Positions 1 through 11,588 of a stretch of DNA of 64,000 nucleotides are shown here, one piece after another; positions within the stretch are counted from its first letter, which is position 1, and the number at the start of each line of letters is the position of its first letter. The DNA is taken from contig NC_058379.1 of NCBI RefSeq assembly GCF_018350175.1, positions 27,714,001-27,778,000 of the forward strand, written 5' to 3'. The notes under the pieces are model-generated. The model was not told the origin of the DNA and ran no database searches. It saw only the letters and a program-made list of their open reading frames with translations. Both the position numbers and the translations under genes were made by a program. This stretch comes from Felis catus. Taxonomy: Eukaryota.

Positions 1-2148
1 GTGAAGATCTATTTCCCTGGCCAGGGAGGGCAGGTCAGCAACCTCATGGAGGCTCACTGGGAGAGTAGGCAAGAGGGGCCTAGGGCCACATTGATAGGAC
101 CTCACTGTCACTGCCAGCCCAGACGGGGAAGGACCTGGCACGGGGATGGGACAGACCTCAGTACTGCTGGGTCGCCCATCTCCCTCTTATGTATTCCTGA
201 TGCCACACAGCCGCCAGCCCCACACTGCCTGGGGGCTAATGGGCATCACACACTGACTGTGCCAGCCACTCACCCCACACCGACCAGCATCCTCTCCTCC
301 AGCGTTTGCACCAAGGCTTGCTCCCTTCCCTTCCTCCTGTCCCACCTGTCCTCCTACATCTGCTGCCCTCTCATCCATCCCCAGCCCAAGGCTCCATGCC
401 CCCTGCAGCCACAACCAGCAGCTCCCATGGACCAGCGGAGTCTATGATTGTGGTCCCCACAGCCAGGTTACCCAGGAGCACACTCTCATCTGGAAAGTTT
501 CCAAGCATACACATTCTACAAGAGCCCCATATCTGGTCAGCTATATGCTTCCAGATCTTTCTCAGCAAAGTATGGGTGTGCATTGTGGGGTTACCCTGAC
601 GTCCTGTCTTCCTGCTGACTGGCCGTGCAGACCTGTCCTCACCGAGGGGCAATAACCCCCAGCCTGCTAGCTGCTGCACAGCTTTCCCAGGGGACATGTG
701 CCTTCACTCTACCTCTTGGCTCTGCCCGGTGTTTCGGTCCCATCAAGTTTCTACCCCCTGCAGAACGCCACAGGGGAGCCGTGTGCACATGCTCTGCAAA
801 TGGGTTGAAGAGGGTACAGAGACCCAGGAGGCAGAATGGCCAGTGAGAGGATGATGCTCTTAGGTGAGCCCAACTCCCTCCAAATATCCGGCACAGGTAC
901 CATCTGCTGTGCAAGGGGAGTGTCCTGACCAGCACCACAACCTGCCATGGCAGCCCTCCTCAGGGTGGCAGGAAACACCCTCACCATGGTTTCACTGGCA
1001 AATCCCAGGGGTTGTGCATCTTACAGCCACCTGCACGCCTTTGTCCACAAATCACCAATTTGGGTACAGGATCCTGGGCTTTTATTGCACAATCTGTAGT
1101 GAGGTACACGTGGTGTGGGCAGGCTCACAACCTGTCTGCTCCAGGAGCTGCAAATATTTTCTCCCTGTACTGCCCTGCCTCATAGCCTTGCCTGTGGCAC
1201 TGCCTATCGGAAACAGTGTGTTACTTTACCACAAGTTTTCCCACTCCTACTACAGAGCAGCAACCCTCCCTGTCCCCAAGTTAGAGCCCGTTTCCCTGGG
1301 CTTCCTTGTATGGTTGTATTTTGGCTTAGTTCTCAGGTCAGCCTGTGGTCTGCTCTGGTGGGTGCTGTGCGGTACGGACCCCCTTGCCTCCCAGCTACTG
1401 GGCGTCCATCCGGTCCATGCTGGGCTTCCTACCTCAGCCATATCCAGACACCCAGTCCCAGGTCTCTGCAGGGCCCTGTCATTCATGAGGCCTCTCAGCT
1501 TTGGCACATGCTCTGGTATCTGTCTGGAGGACAAGTCTCCCTCTTGGCTAGTCACTGAATTTTCTAAAACTCTAACAAATTGTGCTGGGCCATGCCCCAC
1601 CCCTGCTTACCACACCTGGCACTGTGCGTGTGCCAGTGTCCAGGAAGTGACACAAGCGAGCCCCATGGCAGACAGCACACTGCTCAGCACTTGTACAGAA
1701 ACCAGAAATAAGCAAGACTCATCCATTAGGACAGAAGTCAGGGCAGGGCCACCTGGTCTGGGGGACAAGAGGGGACACAGGGGACATTGGGGTACTGGCA
1801 TAGCTTCTTGACATGGATGCTAATGGTATGGCTGGGCCCACTGTACAACCCATGAAAGTGCTCATTTAAAGCATATGCACTCTTACAGGCAGGCTGGCGT
1901 GGGGAGGAATTCCGGAAAGGCTGAAGAACAGGCTGTTTGTTTATGAGAGACTGGGCAAGAGTGGACCCGGCCCTGGCTCAAACCCTTCAAAGCAGGACCC
2001 ATTGCAGCTGAGCTGCTGTGAGTTCCGCATGACACACAACCCACCTGAGCAGAGAGCAAAGCCACACCTGACAACCGGGGTGCCAGAGGAGGGGAGCCTA
2101 AGCCCTCCGTGGGATCACTTTCCTTTGTCAATTAAAAAGGCCAACAGG

Positions 2149-2373
2149 GGGGCGCCTGGGTGGCTCAGTCGGTTGGGCGGCCGACTTCGGCTCAGGTCAT
2201 GATCTCACAGTCCGTGAGTTCGAGCTCCGCGTCGGGCTCTGTGCTGATAGCTCGGAGCCTGGAGCCTGTTTCGGATTCTGTGTCTCCCTCTCTCTCTGAC
2301 CCACCCCCGTTCATGCTCTGTCTCTCTCTGTCTCAAAAATAAATAAACGTTAAAAAAAAAATTAAAAAAAAAA
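2149..2373 (+). mobile_element. Full-length young felid Can-SINE (SINEC_Fc-like)
   Basis: GGGGCGCCTGGGTGGCTCAGTCGGTT head, (CT)n, A-tail; perfect 15-bp TSD AAAAAGGCCAACAGG (2134-2148 / 2374-2388); CpGs intact. Confidence 0.95.
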
Positions 2374-5179
2374 AAAAAGGCCAACAGGCCTCTGGACGAC
2401 ATGCTAGGCCAGAATGCAGCAAAGGATGACAGGAATGCACATGAATGAATGGGAAGGTATTCTGGCCTCAACAGAGCCGAGGGGGCCTAGACACTCGGAA
2501 AACTGAGGCTTCCGATTCACATCACATCAGTCTCCTACCAGGCTGGCTGCACACGTTAAGGCTTTGCACAGAGGTTACCTGGACCCAAGAATCTGCAGCC
2601 CCATTTCACTCTGCCAAGCACTTTACACGTTTTGGGATAATTTTTAAGGCTAGACAGCCTGACTGTTTTTCTTTAGAGCATGCAGAGGACAGGGGCCCTC
2701 CGGCTTCACACGGCAGGGCTGAGGAGCCAGACACCTCATCCTCGCCCCATGCGGCCCAGGCTATCACTGTGGCAGCCCCCAGGGCCAGAGCTGGAAAGCA
2801 TCCACTGCTCTTTTCGCATGATGCGTAATGTCTTCCCAGCAGCTGCCAGCAGAGGAGGTAAACACACATGGGAACACAGTGTTGCTGTTCTGGGGGCCTT
2901 GGCTGAGAAAGCCCTGACGTCTGTAAATATTCTGAGCAGCGGCCCACTGCAACATGCCCCCCCTCCCCCCCCTCCCCGCCACCAGCACGCCAGCCCAGCT
3001 CAGCTCAGCAACTGAGACTCTACAATTTATGCTTTGTCGTTCTGGTTGAGTGACATTTCACCGTGACAAATTTTCCACAAGGATACTCTCTCCTAAGATC
3101 TCCACAATGCTTAGGGAGCACTAATTCAACCCCATACCAAGTGTCACTGTCCCTGCATTTCAAAGGAGTGACACACATGAGGGGAACAATGAATATTACA
3201 GAAAGCCCTGGACACAGGACAGCCCCTGTACCTTAACCCTTCCTGGCTTCCCCACAAGCCAGGGGCCAGCCCAGCCTCACAGTGGCCCCACTGCCCCCAT
3301 GCTTAATAAAGGACAAAGGAGTATTCCCACTAACCCCTCAAAAGATCAAAAGAGGGTGAAAGCAAGCACTTAAAATTAGTGTGGTCCTGAAATCTTTCAC
3401 ACATGTACCCTGAGTGTCAGTAGCCATCAAGAGATGGTGGACGGCTCTTTTTACTTTTAAGTGTATATATATCATTTTTGCAAATCTAAAAAAGAAAAGT
3501 TGAGAGAGATTAAAAAAAAAAAAAAAAAAAGGCTGCACTGATAACCTGGAAAGGCAACTCAGTGTCCTGAGGCAACCTTGTTTTCATGGAACCCATCACC
3601 CAACCCCCATGGTCTGGACCAACAGATTCCATGGTGCTGCCCTCACGAACAGACATGTCACCAAAGGATGGACTCAGTTCTCACACATCTGGTGTGTCAA
3701 CGACAAGTGTGGCACCACTTCTAAAAGCCCTTCCAGCCTCTCTGCCATAGGCCATTTAACTCCAGACATACTCTGGAGGCCCCTCACTTCTCCACAGAAA
3801 TCCTCAGAATTAGCAGGCTGAGAAATAGCCTCCATGGGCAGGCACCAAGGATGCCTTCAGAGAGCTCGCCCTCTGGTGCAGAAACCAGACACAAGAACGA
3901 GACCCCAAGACACTGCACAATTACATCCACAGTGAAACATAACTAAAAGCCCACAAAATGAGGTCACAAAAGAAGCATAGAGCAGTAACACAGCTCAGGG
4001 ACTGGGCAGCCAGGGCAGAGCTGATGGCCAGTTTCCTTCATTCAGGGAAGGCTGTTGTCACCACATATCCAAGCAGGCAGTGGCAGCAACCCAGTCAGAG
4101 TGGCCTGCAGTCTGTGGACACACCAGTATCACGAAGCCACAGGAATGGGGCTAATGATCAAAGGCCAGATAAGGGGGGGGGGGCACCAGGGTAGCCCACC
4201 CACCACAAGGGAGCACTATGATCCTGGAGAGGAGGGGACAGAGGCTCTACTGTGTCCTCCTGCCTCCAGGCCACCAGACAGGTCACCCAAAGCAGGTAGG
4301 ATCCTGAGACAGTGGCCCAGGTGGAACAGAGGCACTGGAACCTGGCCCTGGCTCTGCATGACCTTGGAAACACCATCTGCCCCTCAGCCTGAGTTTTCTT
4401 CGCTGTGGACAGCATCCAATCAATGAAGATTTGCCCAAAAAAGTTGCCCAGAGGATTAACAAGCAAGTTTGAGAAAGCATTCCAAAGTGCTACCAGCTGT
4501 AGGCACCCCTTATAGCTGTCATGACATCACATCTGCCTGTGTCATGACATCACATCTGCCTCACGGAAGAAAGCTCTGAGCCTAAACAGCAGCAGCAAAA
4601 CAGCAGTCAGCAGGTCAGGAGCAGGACGCCAGGCCAGGCCTGAGCCCAGCATGTGATATCCCTGCTGGAGGAAAAGGGCTGAGGCTCAGGGATTGGTCCA
4701 AGGGCAGAAGACTCTGTCTAAAGCTGTGGCCCAGGGGTAGGCCATGAAGCACCTGACACGCTGCAGTCAGGGAAGGGGGTCTGAAAGCCCAGCACCAGGG
4801 CTAGCCCCTGCCCTGGGTGCAGCCCTGCCCAGCCCCACCCCCGAAGCCCTGGGAGATGGTCTGACCAACTCCTCCACCCCAGAAAAGGCGTGTCCAAGCG
4901 CAGGGATGACCCAGCACTTGCTGCCTACTCAGACATACATCAGCTGTCACCTGGCTGCCCCGCAGCAGGCCACATGGAGGTGGCACCGTGACTCAGGGCT
5001 TCAGAGCTGTCTGAGGGCGTAGCCCACCCACCCTGCAGCGACCACGCAGCTCCCAGCCCAGCCAGTCTCTGCTTCCCTGCGGCGAGACCAGCCCTGCCTT
5101 GCCAGTGGACCCGGCTTCCCGTTCTGGCGGGGATCACTAGAAACGCCTTCCAGTAACGCATGGGGCGCTTCCTCCGGCT

Positions 5180-5750
5180 CGGTTTAGTCTCTCAGGACCC
5201 GGCGTTGGATTTCCATTCCACGCCTCGGGAAGGGGAAACAGGCAGGGCGGGGAGGTGAGGCCCCGCCCCTCTCCTCCCTACCGGCGCCCCCGGAGCCCCG
5301 CGCCCCCGATCCCGGGCCGGCCCTGCAAGGGAGCGGAGTCCGCAGGCCCGGGCCGCCAGCCACGCACTCACCGCCTCCGCCGCCACAGACTTCCGGGTGC
5401 CGCGCCCGCGCGCCGCCGCCGCCGCTGCCCAGGCCCCGCCCCCCCGCCCTCTGAGCGCCCGCCATTGGGCTGCGCCGTTAGGGGCGGGGCGACATACCGC
5501 GAGCCGGACCACCGTTGGCTGCGCGCGCTGTCGTTCGGGGTCTGCAGCCCTCCCGGCGCCCCGCCCCCAGGTCTGCGCCAAGCCTCCGGGCTGAGTGGGC
5601 GTGTGGTGGCCTCCGGGCCTCCGCGGCTTTCCCAGCCTTCCGGGCGCCCCAGCTTGGAGGACGCCCTCAGGAGGTCGCGCCACTTGCAGCGGCCCGAGAG
5701 CATGCCTTCGAGGGCCCATTAGGGACGCGGCCTGAGCTCCAGGGGCTGTA
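5180..5750 (-). promoter_or_regulatory. TANGO2: CpG-island promoter (TANGO2 main promoter by synteny)
   Basis: Very high CpG/GC density, several GGGGCGGGG GC boxes, a CCAAT box on the - strand (ATTGG at ~5464) and an ETS motif CCGGAAGT on the - strand at ~5389-5396. The gene name is inferred from the conserved TANGO2-ARVCF-COMT order; no TANGO2 coding sequence is in the window. Confidence 0.7.
5372..5420 (-). other. TANGO2: Putative non-coding exon 1 of TANGO2 (5' end approximate); intron 1 runs off the left edge
   Basis: The - strand reads ...CCCGGAAGTCTGTGGCGGCGGAGGCG|GTGAGT, with a consensus donor at 5371-5366 inside the CpG island. Confidence 0.6.
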
Positions 5751-6288
5751 GGTCACCTACCTACCTGGCGGCCTTCGCTGGAAGCTATAGGAGGATGCCC
5801 ACTTCCGGATCCACCCCTCAGGCGGGTTCGTGGCTCTGGACCTGGCCACCCCTCCCTTTTCTTTATGGCCCTCAGTTTTGTCCAGCCTCTGCCACTCTGG
5901 CCTTTGGCCTCCCTCCCTACTGCAATCCCTTCCACACTCAGGACAAACCCTGGACCAGGCTCTCCAGACCCACCCAGCCACTGTGGTATCTGAGCCCACC
6001 CGGAGGCCGATCTACAGGTCCAGGCCCCAGGATGAAGAGTTGGCCCACCCTGAGCTGTAATGGGTGAGCAAGTGAGCAAGAGGTGGGAAGGGGCACTGAC
6101 TGGGGGCCCTCCCAACAGGACAGAGGCATTCACTGGACTCTCTGCCTTCTTTGACCTCTGGGCTGTGTCTGGAGCCTGAGTGCGGGGCGGGGGGAGTGGA
6201 GAGTGAGAGGCCCAGGGACCAGGGCCTACTCCAAAGTGGGCGCTCAGCAAACTATGACAAGGATGACAGTTACATTAAGGATAATAAT

Positions 6289-6615
6289 GGACACCTGGCT
6301 GGCTCAGTCAGTGGAGCATGCAACACTTGACCTCGGGATTGTACCTTTGAGCCCCATGATGGGTGTAAAGATTACTAAATAAAATCTTTCGGGCACCTGG
6401 GTGGCTCAGTCAGTTGAGCGTCAGACTCTTGATTTTGGCTCAGGTCATGACCTCACAGTTTCATGAGTTCGAGCTCAGCCTAGGGCTCTGCACTGACAGA
6501 GCCGAGCCTGCTTGGGATTCTCACTCTCTCTCTGCCCCTGCCCCACTCATGCTGTCTCTGTTTCTCTCAAAATAAGCAAACTTTAAAAAAATAAAGTAAA
6601 ATCTTTTTTTAAAAA
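6289..6615 (+). mobile_element. Short tRNA-derived SINE with a second Can-SINE (6391-6596) nested in its tail
   Basis: Two SINE heads; outer TSD AAGGATAATAA (6277/6616); inner TSD TAAAATCTTT (6380/6597). Confidence 0.85.
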
Positions 6616-9299
6616 AAGGATAATAACAATGTGCTACACCAGGGTCTCAATCCACAGCTGTCATTCCCCCTTTTTTACAGATGTAAACACTGAAGATCGG
6701 TGCAGTTACCTCACTTAAGGTAAAAAAAAAAAAAAAAAAAAAAAAGATGGCAAGTGTCATTGGCTGGATTAGCTTCCCAGTCCTGTGTGAAGACCTACTG
6801 TACTGATCTTGACTCAGAGCACTGATGCCCTGTGGAAAACTGGGGTTTAGAGAAGGAAAGGGCCTGGCTGGTGATCAGCAAAAGCAAGAATTGAACCCAA
6901 ACCTGTCTGACACACCGAAAGGCCCATTCCAGCCCAACTCTCTGGCCATCTTTTCTGTGTTCCTCCTGGAACCCAACAGAAGCCCTTTACAGCCCTTTAC
7001 TGAGGACTCCAGACGTCCAAAGACTCATGGCCAGCAGGCAGCAAACCCAGCGTGATGCATGGTCCTCCTTCCCACCATCCAGCAGGAGAATCCTTCTGGC
7101 TGGTGCCAGTGATTTCCCTCAAGGCAGCCAGACCTCGCAGCCCACCCAAGAGATGGTAGTGTTAGACAAGCAAGACTTGGGGCTTAGGCACGTGTGACCA
7201 TGCCCGGGGAGACAGGGCAGCAGCTGCAGACCGGTCTTTCCTAAACACTGGACCACATACCTCAGAGGAGTGGGACACAGAATGGTCCCTTCCCATTGCC
7301 AGAAAAAGGGGATGTGGTCATGCATGGGTTGTACAGAGGTTCAAATCCTGGTCTGCCACGGAAGCATATGGCTCTGGGCCAGCCCCACCTCCAGCTACAC
7401 TCTCCCCATCTAGATGGAGCTATGGCAGGCACTGTGATATTCTTTGTCACCACTGACTCCAGTCTGGACAACATTTGGTGCCAGGGAGCAGATAAGACCA
7501 GATAAGATGGGTTGGGGTTGGAAGCTGAACCCTGGGGTCTCAGGACTGGAAAGAGTTCACTGCCACCCCACCTCAGGTGACACACATCCTTAGATGGGGA
7601 GCTCACTACCTTGTTTGATCACCCTTTCAGTCTCTGAACATTTGTCACTGTTGAGAAGTTCTTCCTGACCTCCAGCTGAAACCTTTTTCCTTCTATAGCT
7701 TTCCTCACATGTCCCAGGGATGTCCCTAAGCAGATGCCCACCAGCTGGGTGGAAGGGTTGGGAGAGAGGGAGGAGACTGGGTTACTGGTCCCTGTGGCAG
7801 TGGTCAAGCACTTGGGGCTATCTATCCTGCTTTTGGACTGTTACTGACCCCTACTTCCAGCCTGGGTCATGGTGGGCCCACTGCCAGAGAGTAGCCTTGA
7901 GTCCTCTTGGCACTGACACTGTCTACTCTGCTCCCCTGTATATGGCTGGTAATCCAGCTTGGGGTACAGAATCCTGCCTGGAGTGGGAGGCAGGGAGGCA
8001 GTCCTCACTTAGGCCAGTTTTGGAGCAGAATTCTCCCCTTTGCTCTCTCAAAGGCCTGTCCAGCCCCTCCTGCCACCATCAGCAAGTGTGTGGGAAAGGG
8101 ATGGTGCTGGACTACAAGCTCACTATGAGAATAGAGCTCCAGGAGGACCAGGGTCCAATGCCCCTGGGGAGATTTGTAGGACAGCTGGACTAATGAAATC
8201 CACTCCTAATGGAAGGAAGAGAACCCCCAAGCCCACAAAGCAGCTGGGTCAGAATGTCATCAGTGGTGCAGCTCCATAAGATAAGAGCTACCTTGCTCTT
8301 AGGGCCCCCTGTGTTCCAGAGAAGGACACTTCATTCTACCTGCTCAGAGCCACAAGTAACATCAGTATGCTAGAGTGTCAAATGTCTCTCACCTCAAGCG
8401 TCAACTTTAATTGATTGGTTGTGGCTGCTGGGCTCTAAAAGGCTGTTAGGGTGGATTTACTGTGTGTGCCAGGTACCACAGGAGGGACCCAATGTTGGTA
8501 CCAGTGGTGAGTTCTGGCCCTACATCACTTCACTTTCTTTCTTCTGATCAAGCAACTATTGGGTGAACACTCTGGCTTCCTGATGTGGGTGGATAAGACA
8601 TACATGTCTGGTCTCCCCATTAGCACTGTCATGGGCCTGTGACTCCCTGGGTGTCCACTTCCCTGGGTGGACGTGGGGAATATGGTGGGCTGAAAATCTG
8701 GTGATTTCCAGGTGTGACCAGGGCTGGAAAGGCTTAGAACTAAGCATGCACCAGAGTCACTGGCCAAGGGGCCATATCATGAACTCCCTGAAATAATCCC
8801 AATGGGCAGCAACCCCATTGGTTCCTCCTCACACCATAAAGTTAAGAGGAGCTGGCCAAGGATGATGGTCCCATTTGTTGTTATATGTGTGCCTCGTGTC
8901 ACTGCAGGGAACAGGTGGCTGCTCTCTATCTGGCAGAAAAAAATGCACCTTGTGCTAAACTCTACTCAGGTGGCTGTACCCCACAGTGTTCCTCCAAGAC
9001 CCCAAGTAGGGTGGAGAAAATGGGACACCAGGAAGTGTTTGGGGGGGGGGGTATAACTCCTCCCCACCCCCAGGGCCTGAGCTGTGATTGATGGAGGAGG
9101 TTAGGGAGGGCACTCCTGTGGCAGTCCTGCAGGGTGGGCTGAGTCAAAGTGTCCGTAGATTCAGACCTGGTGGAGAAAAACCTCTGGTTCACCGAAAGGC
9201 CCTTTCTGCCTCAGAAACACGGCTTCCATCCTGCCTCGCTGAGCCAAGTTCAGACCCGTATCTCTGCTCTGAGAACCCATAGGCCCTAGAGTGTGACGG

Positions 9300-9375
9300 A
9301 CTAGATTTGAGCCAGGTGACCTAAAGCAAGTGAGAACCTTTCTGAGCTTCAATTTCCCATCTGTAAAATGGGAAG
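9300..9375 (+). mobile_element. MIR fragment
   Basis: GTGACC..AGCAAGT...CTTTCTGAGCTTCAATTTCCCATCTGTAAAATGGG matches the MIR core. Similar fragments occur at ~6660, ~14010, ~40515, ~48420-48570 and ~55020. Confidence 0.7.
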
Positions 9376-9389
9376 TCAGTGGAACTCTC

Positions 9390-10720
9390 TCGCGCGCGGC
9401 TTGCGTAAAGAATACCATCAGATATTGAGAGGAGGGCGCGGCGCGCTGCTCCCGGCGAACAGCAGGGGCCGGAGAAAGGACCCTAGCGAACTAGGGACGG
9501 TTCCGGCGAGACTGGAAACCGAGAAAGGAGCACAGGGTCTGCCAATCCCCGCTCGGGGCGGACGGCACGGGGACATCCTGGAAGGCGGCCGAGAGTGGGC
9601 GGCCCCGAGGATCCGGCGGCCGCCGCAGCGGTCCCGGCAGGTGCCCGGGCCTCGGCCCCTCCACGAAGGGGCCGGTCGTGGCCGGGACGGACACCCCGGG
9701 AGCCCAATGGCAAGCCGGCGTCTCCCAGCGCCCGTCCAATTGACGCCGGTTGCCGGGCCGCGCTGGGTCTCCCGACCAATCGGAAAATTCGCGTTCGGAG
9801 GGGGCGGGGCGGAGGGTCGCGTCGCTGGCCAGACCCGCTTTGCGCACGGGCCGCGCGAGGGGTGGGAAGGGCTGGCCCTGGGGCTGCACGCTGGGCCCAG
9901 GAGGGGTCCGCCCCTGCACCCGTCCAAGTTGAGCCCCCGCGGACCGCTAACCGCGCCTCGCCCTGGGGACGCCGCGCCCCGTGCGGCGAGAGACCTGGGG
10001 ACGCCCGTCTGGGGGCGGGGGCCACGCTGCGGGGCCGCCCACGCCGCGCTCCAGGTAGGCTCGGGCCGGGGGGGCGGGGTCCGGAGGTCGGGGCCCGGAT
10101 TGGGACGAGGCCAGAGGTCCGGGACGGGTTCGCAACTGCGGTCTAGCAGAGGCTGGGTCGAGATGGGGTCCTGAACCGGGAATCGACGTCTGGCCGGGTG
10201 TAGCTGCCGGGGTAGAAGCCGGGCCCCGCCCCACCTGCACCTTGCCGGCGCTGCGGTGCGCGAGACCCTGAACTACGGGGGCGGGTCCCTTTGTGCGCGG
10301 TCTCGGGGCCCTGCCGACTGGGCCAGGGCATCCCGCACCGCGCGTCCCCGTGGAGACTCGGCCGGAACCCGCAGCCTTTACTGCCCTGCGCGACGCCGGG
10401 TGCCTTGCGGCTGGGGTCCCGTAGCCACGGAAACTTTCCAGCGGTCAGAGGGACGGCGGGGCCGGAGGAACTTTCCCGGGGCGGCGCGCCACCGGAACGC
10501 GCGAGGGCACGGCGGGGCCAAGGGGATGTCCCCGCTCCTGGTGCTCCCGCCGCCTAGAGGACGAGGGAGGGGATGCCACCCGGGGTTCCTGCCTGGTGCC
10601 CTGAACGGGGGCCGCCCCGACCGGGGATCCCCAGTTCCTGACACCCCTGAGTCCCCTCTGTGGGATACCGGGCCCGTGGCAGAGGTGCGTCCTTCCCACT
10701 TGGGGTGGTACTCAGGCTAG
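9390..10720 (+). promoter_or_regulatory. ARVCF: CpG-island promoter of ARVCF (possibly bidirectional)
   Basis: CpG-dense; three CCAAT boxes at 9704, 9736 and 9776, followed by the GC box GGGGCGGGGC at 9801-9810; no TATA box seen. Confidence 0.8.
9830..10054 (+). other. ARVCF: ARVCF non-coding exon 1 (TSS approximate)
   Basis: ATG-free GC-rich segment downstream of the CCAAT/GC boxes, ending at the donor CCAG|GTAGGC (10054/10055). Confidence 0.65.
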
Positions 10721-11370
10721 GTTTGCCGAGGTGTTCCCCCAGGGAAGGCAGCCTGATATCCCGAGCCTTACCATTTTAATCTTTAATTAAACGTTGGGTA
10801 CTTACAACGTGTCACCGTTTCTAACCTATGCGTAGCGTTATCACTGAAAACATTGCTCAGGGACTTTGTTTTCACTTTAGACCCAATCATGTTTAGAAAC
10901 ATGGAAAAGTATCACCCCAACAGGGTTTCATCCTTTGGGCTAGGCTCTTCATGTAACCTCAGGTGATCACCCGCCTCTCACACCCCTTCCTGCTGTCACC
11001 TGCATCACTGTGCAGGGCACACACCAAGTCAGGATTTGTAAGCCCAGGGGCTTGGGCAACTAACTAAGGCTTAGAGGGCAATCTCCTCCCATGAAGACAT
11101 GCAGCAAAGGTAGACTGACAGCCTCCATCCCCTCCCTCTGCCCCGACCACTAGAGATGTGGGCCACCACCAGAGGTCTGCTGGTCCAGAGCAAGTCCTGC
11201 CTGTCCTGTGCTCACTGTATCTCTGGACTTGGGACAGTTCTGGACACAGGAGACAGTCAGAGCCTCTAGGCAGTATACTGGGCCCATGGTCAGTAGTTCC
11301 TGAGCAGGTGATCCAGTCCTTGAGTCTTGCCATAGCAAGTGGGGCTGTGAATCAAGAATGCATGCTTTCT

Positions 11371-11588
11371 GGGGCACCTGGGTGGCTCAGTCAGCTAGGC
11401 GTCAGACTTTGGCTCAGGTCATGGTCTCATTGCTCATGGGTTCGAGCCCTGCGTCGGGCTCTCTGCTGACAGCTCAGAGCCTGGAGCATGCTTCAGATTC
11501 TGTGTCTCCCCTTCTCTCTGCCCCTCCCATGCCCATGCTCTGTCTCTCTCTGTCTCCCAATAATGAATAAATGTTAAAAAAAAAAAAA
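11371..11588 (+). mobile_element. Can-SINE
   Basis: SINE head and tail; 16-bp TSD AAGAATGCATGCTTTC (11354/11589). Confidence 0.93.

Noticed and set aside
1-5371. MIR185 and TANGO2 coding exons expected from synteny
   Set aside because: Neither the miR-185 mature sequence nor TANGO2 coding sequence was seen on either strand; they probably lie left of the window.
6289-6370. tRNA gene
   Set aside because: The A/B-box-like sequence belongs to a tRNA-derived SINE with a tail and TSD; I could not see an intact cloverleaf.
5184-10720. Many long overlapping ORFs (e.g. 9368-10174, 5192-5719)
   Set aside because: Arg/Gly/Pro/Ala-rich frames are expected from stop-poor CpG islands; they show no family similarity or exon structure.
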